Shown here: positions 19,587-29,955 of the stretch, in pieces | How positions within the stretch are numbered: the first letter of the stretch is position 1 | Layout: each line of letters opens with the position of its first letter | Assembly (NCBI GenBank): GCA_013343275.1 | Contig: CP046106.1 | Coordinates: 768,001 to 832,000, forward strand | Length of the DNA: 64,000 bases | From: Candidatus Nanohaloarchaea archaeon | GTDB lineage: Archaea > Nanohalarchaeota > Nanosalinia > Nanosalinales > Nanosalinaceae | Direction: 5' to 3' | The notes under the pieces: generated by a model | Told to the model about the DNA's origin: nothing | Seen by the model: only the letters and a program-made list of their open reading frames with translations | Database searches by the model: none | Translations under genes and position numbers: made by a program

Positions 19587-22160
19587 ATGTCGAAAGGTTT
19601 AGTGCTCGGCGGATACCAGATCAGCAACGTACTGATAGCAATCCTTCTAGTGGCCTCAACAACAGGCGCAGGAGTAGCCACCGACTCCTTCTCAGGTATA
19701 ACTGATTCAATGTCCAACATTCTACCATCAAACTCTGTAAGCCCTGATAACAAGACAGATCGGAACAGTACTGGCAATCAAGGAGATACAGGAGGCCAGG
19801 ATTCTGATCAAAACGATCAAGGTTCGGAGGATGGTTCTGGTGATGGTTCCTCAGATAGCTCGGATTCTGATTCTGAAGGATTTCTGGACGATATACTAGG
19901 TGGCGATGAAAAGCAGAAAGATCAGAACTCTGACGGCCAAACTGACAATACAACTGAAAAAAATACAGATACTTCAGATAATGAAACTCAGACTCCTGAT
20001 ACAGGCAATACGACAAATACTACAACTGCGAGTATAGCTTCTATCTCGGACCCTCAACCTGCCCAGTACTTCCCTGCCTACGAGACATCCTCTGTACCTC
20101 TATACGTAGAGTTCTCCGGAGAAGACGCAAACTTTGAGATTTGGCTGGACGGCCAGTCCTATCTTACAGGACAGATCTCAGGTACTAAAACAGTAAATAG
20201 GACGCTAGACCTCTCTACAACAGGCAGTCATGAACTGAAGATAGAGGTCAGACAATCAGGAGAAGTAGTCGATTCTCTTACCAGAACATTCGAAATAGCA
20301 GACTCAGCAATACAGGAAACAGGCTTCGAGAAAACAACCACTGTAAGGACAGGAGCAGAAGCAACCTTCAGACTTCTCTACAATGGAGAACCGGTCTCTG
20401 GAGCAGCAGTATCGATGGGGGGAACACAGGTAGGCCAGACGAATCAGGACGGAGAGATAACAGTCCAGGTACCTTACCAGGACACAATTACATTATCGAC
20501 GGACTACCAGGAGATAGGATCTCAAACATTTAACGTAACGCAAGACATACCGGAACCGACAGTAACCCTTGTAAACCCGGTTGACTCGGAAACATTCGAT
20601 ACTCCAACCAGCCAGCAAAAAGACGTACAGTTCAACGCAACAGTCGATATAGCAGAAGACTCCGGTACAGCATCCCTGATGATCGATGGCTCCGAAGTCT
20701 ACTCGCAACAGCTTTCACAGGGAGAAAATACAATTACTACGACACAGAGCCTAGCAGGAGGAACTCACAACTGGAAGATAGAAGTCGACACGCCGGAATA
20801 CAATGTTTCATCCTCCAGTAGAAGCCTGACAGTCAACGAGGTACAGGTGCAGGACGGTATCTCCCTACAGAACACGCCGCCAACAGTTGGGAACGTCAAC
20901 TACGTAAGGCTCTACAACAACGGAGAACCGGTGACAAACCACGACATAACCATCAACGGCCAGACCTACACAACAAACTCTCAGGGAGAAGCACAGTTTA
21001 CAGTACCGAACGCACAGGAACTAACAATCTCTTCCAGTTCTCCCGATTACCAGAAAACATACACTATAGAAGGATACAACCCAGAGATCAGCATGAGCTT
21101 CTCCTTCTCCAAAACCCTGTACCAGGGCCGACAGAATACCTTGACAGTGACCAGCGACGGAAGCGCAGTTAGCGGTGCAACAATCTACGCCAACGGAAAG
21201 CAAAAAGGCCAGACGGACTCCTCTGGCCAGTTAACATTCACGATACCGGAAGAAGACTCTGTCACAATTAAAGCAGTGAAAGATAATTCCGAGAAAAACA
21301 AGACATACACCGCCCAGATTCCACCGATCGATATTACCTGGTTCGGCCCTGACGACGGTGCCAGTATCAATGATTACAAGACAACCTTCGACTTCTCACT
21401 CGGTCTTCAGAGTTCAGCTACCGCCACCCTGACAGTCGGAGGCCAGCAAAGGCTGCAGAAAAGCCTGAGCTCGGGGACTCACAGCATCACCAAAGAAATC
21501 AAGTTCGAAAACTCGGGAACAAGAGACTACACCCTAGAAGTACAGACAGACGGTAATAGAAGGACGAAGACCGGTAGCTTTACAACTGAGCAGGATATGC
21601 CGCCGATACAGATCAGCATCAGCAACCCATCCAGCGGAGAAACCATCAACGACTACAAAACTACGATTCAGTACGGATTTGACTCTCCAGAAGACTTTAA
21701 CTATACTCTTTCAGTAGATGGACGCCATTTAGATAGTTTAAGTCTTCTATCGGGACAGACCTCTAGGCAAGCGGTAGCTAACTGTTTAACTCAGGGGCAG
21801 CATACTTTAGAGATTGTAGCAAAGGGAGAAAAAACAGGGAAGACTACTAAGACCATACAGTTTACTTCGAGCGTAGCACAGCCTTTGGCTGATATACAAA
21901 TTGATTCGCCTAAGTCATCAGAAACCGTTCAGAATCCTGTCGGCTTTTATTATAAGATTACTGCGTGCCAGGATATAAGCTACGATGTCTCTACTGAAGG
22001 CCAAAATCTTGATTCCGGAAGTCTCAGCGCCTATTCTATAGCACTTTCTCCTCCAGGACTTGAAAAAGATTATTCCTCCTTAGGTAAGCATAATTGGACG
22101 ATTTCAGTAAGTAATGGTTCTCAAACTTTGAAGAAAGAAATAATGTTTAGTGTGGAATAA
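19587..22160 (+). CDS. Surface protein A2, paralog of A1
   Basis: Shares GGYQISN.LIA.LLV, TDSFSGITDSMSNILP, YQGR.NTLTVT and QDMPPI with A1. Confidence 0.8.
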   Translation: MSKGLVLGGYQISNVLIAILLVASTTGAGVATDSFSGITDSMSNILPSNSVSPDNKTDRNSTGNQGDTGGQDSDQNDQGSEDGSGDGSSDSSDSDSEGFLDDILGGDEKQKDQNSDGQTDNTTEKNTDTSDNETQTPDTGNTTNTTTASIASISDPQPAQYFPAYETSSVPLYVEFSGEDANFEIWLDGQSYLTGQISGTKTVNRTLDLSTTGSHELKIEVRQSGEVVDSLTRTFEIADSAIQETGFEKTTTVRTGAEATFRLLYNGEPVSGAAVSMGGTQVGQTNQDGEITVQVPYQDTITLSTDYQEIGSQTFNVTQDIPEPTVTLVNPVDSETFDTPTSQQKDVQFNATVDIAEDSGTASLMIDGSEVYSQQLSQGENTITTTQSLAGGTHNWKIEVDTPEYNVSSSSRSLTVNEVQVQDGISLQNTPPTVGNVNYVRLYNNGEPVTNHDITINGQTYTTNSQGEAQFTVPNAQELTISSSSPDYQKTYTIEGYNPEISMSFSFSKTLYQGRQNTLTVTSDGSAVSGATIYANGKQKGQTDSSGQLTFTIPEEDSVTIKAVKDNSEKNKTYTAQIPPIDITWFGPDDGASINDYKTTFDFSLGLQSSATATLTVGGQQRLQKSLSSGTHSITKEIKFENSGTRDYTLEVQTDGNRRTKTGSFTTEQDMPPIQISISNPSSGETINDYKTTIQYGFDSPEDFNYTLSVDGRHLDSLSLLSGQTSRQAVANCLTQGQHTLEIVAKGEKTGKTTKTIQFTSSVAQPLADIQIDSPKSSETVQNPVGFYYKITACQDISYDVSTEGQNLDSGSLSAYSIALSPPGLEKDYSSLGKHNWTISVSNGSQTLKKEIMFSVE

Positions 22161-25100
22161 TGAGAAAGTATCTTGCTTTGCTCGGTACTCTAGTATTTCT
22201 TCTGCTGAGTATTCCTGCCGCTACTGCTTCTACCGTCACCTGGTCTGATAGTAGCGACTGGAATAACGCTGTTTCAGATTTTGGTGTCGTTCATGAGTCT
22301 GTCACAAATACTGACCACAACGATGCAGGAAAGCTTCAGAAAGGGTATCCGATTCAGAATCCGGTCGTGAGTTATGGCCTCGTTGGATACTGGCCTCTAC
22401 AAGAGGATAGCGGCGATACGGCCTATGATTTTAGCGGATATAACGATGCATCGGCTAGTGCTCCGACTCAAGGCAGTAGCGGTATTTTAGGATCTTCAAG
22501 TTACTACTTTAATACTGAGAGTGCTGACGCATCTACGATAGACCTGGAGTACTATAGCTTTAACGCCTGGATTAATGATGAAGGAAGTACCTATTACGCA
22601 CGAGCGATGAGTAATGGGCGCGATGGTACTGATCCGAGCGCTACCTATGCAATGGGTTCAAGAAACGGATGGCCGACTGCTGTAATGAGGAAGAATGGTA
22701 ATACTTATACTATTGGCTCGGGTCTAAATCCATCAGATTGGACTATGGTGACTGTTACGTATGATGGCGACACGTTAAAAGTTTATACTGATGGTTCTTT
22801 AACCGGATCCAGTACAGCTCCCTCTGGCCCTATAGGCGATGTTACAGGCCCCTTCAACCTTGGATCGACTGAAAGGTATCCTGGAAATGAAGGTATAACA
22901 GGTTATTTACAAGAGGCAAGTTTGTACAACAGGGCACTTTCTGCCTCCGAGATCCAATCTCTATACGAAGTAGCGGCTACACCAGGAACACTCACCACAG
23001 GATGGAAAACATTCTCATCCAACAGAGACATGAACTCTTTACAATTAGAAAATGTGCAGGCCTCTTTGAATGGCGGTAGTATCACTGTTTATGTGGAGAC
23101 TCAGAATGGCGAGGTCAGCGATCCGATTAGTCTGGATGGTAGTGGTGGTCCTTATAGTGTGACGGGGTTGTCGACTGAGGAGGATCAGTTCCGTTTGGAT
23201 ATCAGGTTGGATAATAGTGATGTGACGAGTACGCCTACTTTGTCGGCGATTGATTTGACGGGTAATAAGGCTAATTCTCCTCCTGCTGCTCCTTCGAATG
23301 AGGATCCTGCTGACAATGCTGATCCTGTATCTTTGAGTCCTTCTTTGAGCGTATTTGTCGACGATCCGGATGGCGATAGTATGGATGTTACTTTCTATGT
23401 TGATACGAATAATGATGGGAGTTATGAGACTACGAAGACTAATACAGGTGTTGCGAGTGGCAGTACTACTTCTGTAAGTCTTTCTTCTCTGGCCACTAGC
23501 CAGACAGTTAACTGGTATGTGGTGGCTGATGACGGTAGAGCTACTACTCAGTCAAGTACTTGGAGTTTCACGACTGTAGGTGTTCCAAGTATTACTTCAG
23601 CGCCTTCTCCGAGTGATGGCGCGGTAGATGTTTCCACCTCTAAGAATCTGGCTATTGATGTTTCTCATCCTGATAATCTAGATATGACTGTTGAGTTCTC
23701 TATGGATGGTTCGTATGTAGGCAGTGATACTGTTGCAGGTAGCGGTACTGCTTCTTACAGTCCTTCCCTGGGTTACAGTGAGGATCATTCCTGGAGTGTC
23801 GATGTCTATACGCAGGGTTACTCCACTCAGACGAGCGGAGGCGCCTGGAACTTCCATACCGTGCATGATGTAAGCGCTTCTCTTTCCGGGCCTTCCAAAA
23901 GCCCTGCCAGTATTGATCCTACGTTGAGTGCGACAGTCAGCCACAGTGATTCTGCTGAGACTGTTACTGTGGATTTCGTTAACACAGATAATGGCAACAC
24001 TATTTGCAGTGTTTCCGGTATAGGGAATGCTGAGACTGCTACCTGTGATACTTCTGGAAGCAGTTTCGGTAGTAGCCCCGGTACGACTTATAACTGGGAG
24101 GTCCAGCTTTCGGGTGATGAGGGCTCTGAGTCGTGGACGAGCAGTCAGAGAAGCTTCACCACTATTTCAAATCCTAACGTGAACAGAGTTGAGCCTGGTT
24201 CGAACTCTGGTGTGTCTACAGACCAGAATCTGGTTGTTGATGTCAGTCATCCTGATGGGAAGAATATGAATGTCGAGTTCATGATCAGGAAAGCAGGGCA
24301 GACATCTTTCAGTACAGTAGATACCAAGACAGATGTTTCTGGCCAGGTTTCGGCCAATCCCTCTTTGAGTGACGGCACAAGTTACGAGTGGCGTGTTGAT
24401 GTAAGGACTGTGGGATACAGTACAGACACAATGAGTTCCATTTGGGGCTTTACCACTAACTATGTGCCTTCAGTCTCAGGCATTACCAAGTATGACGCGT
24501 CTGATGGCCACGCTTTCAGGAACGTTTCTGCTATAATCAGCGATCAGGACGGAGATGACACGATCGTTGATGCAAATCTTACAGTAGATAATGACGGTGG
24601 ACTGGAAACTTATGTTGAGTACGATGAAGTTAGTATTGACAGAAGTTATGGAGGAGACGATAATCAGGCCAACGTAACCTTTGGCAGAGTCAATGTTGGG
24701 GATAGTAACTGGGGCCTAACAGGTATAGATCTTCAGGTTGAAGGTATCGATCAGGAGGGTAACGTTGGGTCAAATACACTATCTAATGTCCAGTTCCCTA
24801 ACCATGCTCCGACAGTAGCCTCAGGTTACAGTTACAGCGATAGTCCGCAGGCCCACTCCTACACTTTGAGTATTGATGCCCAGGATGTGGATGATACTGA
24901 TGAAGAGATTGCTTCATGTACAGTCGACCATAACGACGGCGACGGAAACTCCTATACTGGCAAGGCCGGTAGCCTGGCTTCTGGTGAGACTGCTACCTGC
25001 AGCTTCACGATAGACAACAGTACCTCAGGTTACAGGTTCGGTGAGATGATCAACCACAGGGTAACTTTCAAGGATGCACACGGTAAGACTGTGACCTCAA

Positions 25101-26347
25101 CGTGGGCCTCGCACAGAATCCCTAACAGTCTGCCTTCAGCTACGAATTTGAGGCCTGCTAGTGATAATACTTCGTATGACGCGGATTTGAAGGCTACCTA
25201 CAATGATCCTGACGGAGATGTAGGGAACTTGACATTCTACAATACCACTAGCGGTGAAGAGTTGGGTGCTGTGGCTGACCTTGCGCCCGGAGAGCAGGGA
25301 ACTGTTGATTTGGTTGGAGAGTTAGCTCCTGGTACTACTTACAACTTCACTGTGGAGGCCTCGGATGGTGTTAATTCCACTAACAGTACTGAGAACTTCA
25401 CAACTATTTACAGGCCAGATGAGCCTTATGATCCGTTCCCTGAGAATGACACGGTTATAGATACTACTACCAGGAGCGGAGATGATATTGCAGCGAGTGT
25501 AAAGGTTGTACAGGATGATGGGCACACTATGAATGTACAGTTCATTAATGCAAGCGATGATAGCCCTCTAGGTACAGATTATGATGTGGAGTCGGGTACG
25601 CGTGCCAAGTTGACAAGTATTGGTAATACTTTGCGTGATGAGACGAATACTACGTATCGCTGGTATGCTGTAGCTACAGATCAGACGACTGGAGAATCAG
25701 TGAGAAGTGATACGTTCGTCTTCAGGACTCCCGAAGTAGGTGAGGTAAGGTTTGATGTGATGCAGGGGCGTAATGAGAACATGGATATTACTGGTAACTC
25801 TGATAATGGTTATCGGAAGATCAAGTTTGAGGTTACGTCCACGGAAATGGATCCAATCCCAACTGTGATCGTCAATGAGACCGGTACCGGGAATATGATC
25901 AAGTCGTGGAGCAATGTCGCCAACAACTCTGTCCTAACGATAGATTTAGTGCAGGATGGTTCTCAGGACTGGAATCTAGATACGGACGAAAAGTATGAAT
26001 GGACGGTGGAGGCTCGTGATGGCTCTAATATCTTAGGAAACCGTAGCTACGATATCTACACGTACAACGTGACTCTTGACTGGGACAGGGCTGAGAAATA
26101 CTACAATGTCTATCAGTATGATATTTACCGTGCTGAGCAGAGGTCTGGTGTGGATCTGACCTTTAACTATGGGAACGGAGATTACAATCTAGTCGGTTCT
26201 CTTCCAGAGACGAGTTTCAATGACTCGGGGCCGGGCATTGTTCCCGATCATACAGGTACTTTCTGTTGGAAGGTAGCTGCATCCAACCCTACGGGTAGCA
26301 GCCCGGCGATTCCTTCAGGAGAAGGCAACTGCAAAACACTGAACTAA
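22160..26347 (+). CDS. Secreted adhesin-like protein B2 with LamG/concanavalin-like head
   Basis: GLVGYWPL, WTMVTVTYDG.LKVYTDG and LYNRALSASEI (LamG-like); the C-terminal roughly 500 aa is clearly homologous to B1. Confidence 0.82.
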   Translation: MRKYLALLGTLVFLLLSIPAATASTVTWSDSSDWNNAVSDFGVVHESVTNTDHNDAGKLQKGYPIQNPVVSYGLVGYWPLQEDSGDTAYDFSGYNDASASAPTQGSSGILGSSSYYFNTESADASTIDLEYYSFNAWINDEGSTYYARAMSNGRDGTDPSATYAMGSRNGWPTAVMRKNGNTYTIGSGLNPSDWTMVTVTYDGDTLKVYTDGSLTGSSTAPSGPIGDVTGPFNLGSTERYPGNEGITGYLQEASLYNRALSASEIQSLYEVAATPGTLTTGWKTFSSNRDMNSLQLENVQASLNGGSITVYVETQNGEVSDPISLDGSGGPYSVTGLSTEEDQFRLDIRLDNSDVTSTPTLSAIDLTGNKANSPPAAPSNEDPADNADPVSLSPSLSVFVDDPDGDSMDVTFYVDTNNDGSYETTKTNTGVASGSTTSVSLSSLATSQTVNWYVVADDGRATTQSSTWSFTTVGVPSITSAPSPSDGAVDVSTSKNLAIDVSHPDNLDMTVEFSMDGSYVGSDTVAGSGTASYSPSLGYSEDHSWSVDVYTQGYSTQTSGGAWNFHTVHDVSASLSGPSKSPASIDPTLSATVSHSDSAETVTVDFVNTDNGNTICSVSGIGNAETATCDTSGSSFGSSPGTTYNWEVQLSGDEGSESWTSSQRSFTTISNPNVNRVEPGSNSGVSTDQNLVVDVSHPDGKNMNVEFMIRKAGQTSFSTVDTKTDVSGQVSANPSLSDGTSYEWRVDVRTVGYSTDTMSSIWGFTTNYVPSVSGITKYDASDGHAFRNVSAIISDQDGDDTIVDANLTVDNDGGLETYVEYDEVSIDRSYGGDDNQANVTFGRVNVGDSNWGLTGIDLQVEGIDQEGNVGSNTLSNVQFPNHAPTVASGYSYSDSPQAHSYTLSIDAQDVDDTDEEIASCTVDHNDGDGNSYTGKAGSLASGETATCSFTIDNSTSGYRFGEMINHRVTFKDAHGKTVTSTWASHRIPNSLPSATNLRPASDNTSYDADLKATYNDPDGDVGNLTFYNTTSGEELGAVADLAPGEQGTVDLVGELAPGTTYNFTVEASDGVNSTNSTENFTTIYRPDEPYDPFPENDTVIDTTTRSGDDIAASVKVVQDDGHTMNVQFINASDDSPLGTDYDVESGTRAKLTSIGNTLRDETNTTYRWYAVATDQTTGESVRSDTFVFRTPEVGEVRFDVMQGRNENMDITGNSDNGYRKIKFEVTSTEMDPIPTVIVNETGTGNMIKSWSNVANNSVLTIDLVQDGSQDWNLDTDEKYEWTVEARDGSNILGNRSYDIYTYNVTLDWDRAEKYYNVYQYDIYRAEQRSGVDLTFNYGNGDYNLVGSLPETSFNDSGPGIVPDHTGTFCWKVAASNPTGSSPAIPSGEGNCKTLN

Positions 26348-26388
26348 TGGAAACTGTAAAAAACTAGAGTGAGATAAGTGTTGTTATA

Positions 26389-26952
26389 ATGGATTTGAGC
26401 GATATTAATCCGAGTTTCAAGCAGATTGCTGCAGCGATGGCAGTAGTTTTCTTGCTGATTACAGGCCTTAATACTATGCTTGCGCCTGATGGAGGTTATG
26501 CCGGCGATTTAGCCGATACTATTTCCAACAACGATAATTCTAACAACGGGGATGCACAGAACCAGTCTCAGGATCAGACAGATCCTTACTATGAGAAGGC
26601 CACTGATGATTCTACCAGTTCCGACAGCGGCAACAGTGATGGTTCCGGGTCTCTGAATGAGACTGAGAAGACGAAGATCGAGAACAACTTTGAAGGTTAT
26701 GTAAATGCCAGCAACCGTGATAACGGCATCTATCTTGATAGGAAGGCTGTTGCCGGAGAATGGAACAATATTCAGGTGATGTACAATGGTAATCCTGTTG
26801 AAGGTGCCGAAGTGCTGGTGAACGGCCAGAGTATAGGTGCTACTGGAGAATATGGTGGCGTCTACTTCAAGGTTCCACAGGCCGATCGTATAACTGTGAG
26901 GACGACTACTGAAAACCTTGGAACTGTTGAGAATACTTACAAGGTGTACTGA
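26389..26952 (+). CDS. Membrane-anchored protein with a single A-type Ig-like module
   Basis: N-terminal TM segment and acidic linker; YNGNPVEGAEVLVNGQSIGATGEYGGVYFKVP matches modules in A1/A2. Confidence 0.75.
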   Translation: MDLSDINPSFKQIAAAMAVVFLLITGLNTMLAPDGGYAGDLADTISNNDNSNNGDAQNQSQDQTDPYYEKATDDSTSSDSGNSDGSGSLNETEKTKIENNFEGYVNASNRDNGIYLDRKAVAGEWNNIQVMYNGNPVEGAEVLVNGQSIGATGEYGGVYFKVPQADRITVRTTTENLGTVENTYKVY

Positions 26953-26953
26953 T

Positions 26954-27442
26954 TTGAGTAAGTCTCTGGGCCAGTCGGCTATCGAGTACGTGACGACGTA
27001 CGGGTGGATGCTTGTGGCGGTTTCGGTTGCTGCAGGCACTACGTACAGTTTCGTGGATTTCAGCTGTGCCCGGCAGAGTACAGGCTTCTACTCGGAATCC
27101 ATGGCGATAGAGAATTTTGGAGTGACATCTAATGGCACATTAGTTATCTCTGTCAAGAACGATGATTACAACCAGCTGGAGATTACAGGCCTGAATATGT
27201 CCGCTCCTGAGGAGAAAAGATTCAGAAACACGTCTACGGTTATTGAACCAGGTAGTTCCAAGGCTGTAGGGCTACCAGGGTATACTCTTTCTGAACGCTG
27301 CTATGAATACGATGTAACTATGATATACAGCAGAGGGCCTTTGGATGAGCAGAAGCTTAGAGGCACTATAACTGCTCCTATTGCGCCAGGACCTATTCCT
27401 GTTCCTGATGCTCCGGCGAACCTGACTGTAGAGGTAGCTTGA
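26954..27442 (+). CDS. Archaeal type IV pilin-like protein with class III signal peptide
   Basis: TTG start preceded by AAGGTG; MSKSLG/QSAIEYVTTYGWMLVAV matches the (K/R)xGQxxxEY...YGW class III pattern; two Cys. Confidence 0.78.
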   Translation: MSKSLGQSAIEYVTTYGWMLVAVSVAAGTTYSFVDFSCARQSTGFYSESMAIENFGVTSNGTLVISVKNDDYNQLEITGLNMSAPEEKRFRNTSTVIEPGSSKAVGLPGYTLSERCYEYDVTMIYSRGPLDEQKLRGTITAPIAPGPIPVPDAPANLTVEVA

Positions 27443-27478
27443 AAACCTGTTATATTCTTTTCTCTTGTAATTCCTGAT

Positions 27479-28054
27479 ATGGAGAGCTACATAGACGAGT
27501 TCAAAAAGGAACGGAACAAAAACTCTGATCTTGTAGTATGCATCAACGGGCCTTCTGGCGCTGGCAAAGGAACTCTTGCGGCCCAGGTGGCTGAGATGCT
27601 TGATGTAGATCATTTCTCTGCTGGCGATGTCTTCCGTGGTATAGCTGCTGACAGAGGTATGGATGTAGTGGAGCTCTCCGAGAAAGCAGATAAGGAAACA
27701 GATCTGGAGGTCGACAGGCGTACACTGGAAAGAGCGCTTGACAGCGACTGTGTAGTTGACTCACGACTTTCCTCCTGGGTGCTTGGCAGCTACGCTGATG
27801 TAAAAATATATATTACAGCAGATATAGAGGAAAGAGCTGCCAGAGTAGCTGAAAGGGAGGAAATAACCCGGGAAGAGGCCCTTGAAAGAATTGAGAAAAG
27901 GGATTCCGACAACAGGGAGCGTTACCAGGATTACTACGGTATCGACGTCGAGAACAGAGAAATATACGACCTAGTTCTGGACAACACTGATTTAGGTATC
28001 GAGGAACAAAGAAAGGTTATAGAATGCTACCTCGAGCAGAGGCTTGAACTCTGA
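27479..28054 (+). CDS. cmk: Cytidylate kinase (archaeal type)
   Basis: GPSGAGKGT P-loop, SAGDVFR, DSRLS, RERYQDYYGID and YDLVLD. Confidence 0.9.
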   Translation: MESYIDEFKKERNKNSDLVVCINGPSGAGKGTLAAQVAEMLDVDHFSAGDVFRGIAADRGMDVVELSEKADKETDLEVDRRTLERALDSDCVVDSRLSSWVLGSYADVKIYITADIEERAARVAEREEITREEALERIEKRDSDNRERYQDYYGIDVENREIYDLVLDNTDLGIEEQRKVIECYLEQRLEL

Positions 28055-28066
28055 GGAGGGAAACAA

Positions 28067-28477
28067 ATGGGATACGAAATACTTGAACACACTGCCGACG
28101 AAAAATTCCAGGCCTCCGGAGACAGCCTGGAAGAAGCATTCTCCGAAGCAGTAAAGGCCTTCTCGGAGATAGTCGGCGGCATGAACGGTCAGACGACTTA
28201 CAGTATAGAAATAGAATCAGAAAGCCATGAGGCCCTGCTCTTCGACTTCATGGATAAACTAATCTTCTTGCAGGATGTCAACGATGTAGTCGTCTCTCAC
28301 GCCGAAGACCTTGAAATAGAGGAACTTGAAGAAGGTTACTGGTTGACAGCAGATATCTGGGCCGACAATATCGAAGGCTCAATGAGCGTTATGGATGTCA
28401 AGGCACCAACATACAGCGAGATGTACGTCAGGTTCGAAGACGGCAAGTGGAGACTGCAGGTAGTGCTCGATATATAA
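28067..28477 (+). CDS. Archease
   Basis: YEILEHTAD, VKAPTY and C-terminal VLDI; adjacent to rtcB. Confidence 0.93.
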   Translation: MGYEILEHTADEKFQASGDSLEEAFSEAVKAFSEIVGGMNGQTTYSIEIESESHEALLFDFMDKLIFLQDVNDVVVSHAEDLEIEELEEGYWLTADIWADNIEGSMSVMDVKAPTYSEMYVRFEDGKWRLQVVLDI

Positions 28478-28509
28478 CTGTAAAAAGAGTTCACGGATAA
28501 TTCTCGAAT

Positions 28510-29931
28510 ATGGAACTCAACAAAATATCCGAAAATATCTACGAAATACCGCAGGAAGGCCAGATGAACAAACCGGCCAGAGTCTACGCCAACGAAGAAC
28601 TTCTCAACGAAATCAGACAGGACGACACACTGGAACAGATAAAGAACGTAGCAACCCTACCAGGCCTTGAAAAGTACTCAATCGTCATGCCTGACGGCCA
28701 CCAGGGCTACGGCTTCCCAATCGGCGGAGTCGCAGCAGTAAACAAAGAAAACGGCGTTATCAGCCCTGGAGGTATCGGCTACGATATAAATTGTGGCATC
28801 AGAGTGCTTAAAACAGACCTCAGCTATGAAGATATCAAGGGCCGGGAGCAACAGCTTGCAAATATACTTTACAGTAAGATTCCATGCGGCCTTGGAAGAG
28901 GAGGTTATATCGATACTGATAGAGAGGATCTTGAAGAAATACTTGAGAAAGGAGCTGAGTGGATGCTTGAAAACGGACACGCAAAGGAGTCCGATATCAG
29001 GAGATGTGAGGAGGAAGGAAGGCTTCCTGGTAATCCTGATAAGGTTCCGGAGGACGCAAAGAAGCGAGGCCTTAATCAGGTGGGGAGCCTCGGTAGCGGA
29101 AACCACTTCCTGGAGATACAGCGCGTCGGAGAGATCTACAACGAGCAGAAGGCGGAGGCCTATGGTCTGGAAGAGGATCAAGTGGTTATCATGATCCACT
29201 CAGGTTCTCGAGGCCTAGGCCATCAGACCTGCACCAATTATCTCAGGAAGTTTGAGAAAGAGTATCCGGAGATTGTAGAGGAAATACCGGATAAGGAGCT
29301 GATCTATGCGCCGATGCAGGATGAGCTGGCTCAGGACTACAAGGAGGCGATGTATGCTGCGGCAAACTATGCGTGGGCTAACCGCCAGGCCATAACTCAG
29401 GGAGTACGTGAATGCCTGGATACTATCTACGATGACGGTGTTGAGACGGAGCTTCTGTACGATGTCTGTCATAACATTGCTAAGGAGGAGACTCACGAGG
29501 TCGATGGCGAGGAAAAGGAGCTTCTGGTCCACAGAAAAGGAGCGACACGTGCTATGCCGGCTGGAAGGCCTGAAGTGCCGGAGGTCTACCGTGATGTAGG
29601 TCAGCCAGTACTTATTCCGGGCAGCATGGGTACTGCGAGCTACGTTCTTTCAGGCGGAGAAAAATCTCTGGAAATCAGCTTTGGATCAACAGCTCACGGT
29701 GCCGGAAGGCTTATGTCCCGGACCCAGGCCAAGCAGGATTACTGGGGAGAAGACGTTCAGGCCGAACTGAAGAGAGACCAAATATTCGTGAAAGCGGCCT
29801 CAGGATCAACCATCGCAGAAGAGGCTCCTGGAGTCTACAAGGATATCGATGAAGTAATCAAGGTCAGCGACGAGCTTGGAATCGGCAATAAGGTTGCGAA
29901 GATGAGGCCTGTTGTAAACATCAAAGGATAA
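28510..29931 (+). CDS. rtcB: RNA-splicing ligase RtcB
   Basis: MPDGHQGYGFPIGG, GYDINCG, GSGNHF, HSGSRG, HRKGAT and HGAGR; no intein. Confidence 0.97.
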   Translation: MELNKISENIYEIPQEGQMNKPARVYANEELLNEIRQDDTLEQIKNVATLPGLEKYSIVMPDGHQGYGFPIGGVAAVNKENGVISPGGIGYDINCGIRVLKTDLSYEDIKGREQQLANILYSKIPCGLGRGGYIDTDREDLEEILEKGAEWMLENGHAKESDIRRCEEEGRLPGNPDKVPEDAKKRGLNQVGSLGSGNHFLEIQRVGEIYNEQKAEAYGLEEDQVVIMIHSGSRGLGHQTCTNYLRKFEKEYPEIVEEIPDKELIYAPMQDELAQDYKEAMYAAANYAWANRQAITQGVRECLDTIYDDGVETELLYDVCHNIAKEETHEVDGEEKELLVHRKGATRAMPAGRPEVPEVYRDVGQPVLIPGSMGTASYVLSGGEKSLEISFGSTAHGAGRLMSRTQAKQDYWGEDVQAELKRDQIFVKAASGSTIAEEAPGVYKDIDEVIKVSDELGIGNKVAKMRPVVNIKG

Positions 29932-29955
29932 AAATTTCGGGGTGTTAACAGAGTT

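Noticed and set aside
13626-27442. Island as an integrated provirus or plasmid
   Set aside because: I found no integrase, viral or replication genes, and no repeat of the tRNA 3' end (att site).
28067-29931. Archease-rtcB pair as a novel system, or an intein in RtcB
   Set aside because: This pairing is well known, and RtcB is of normal length with no intein motifs.
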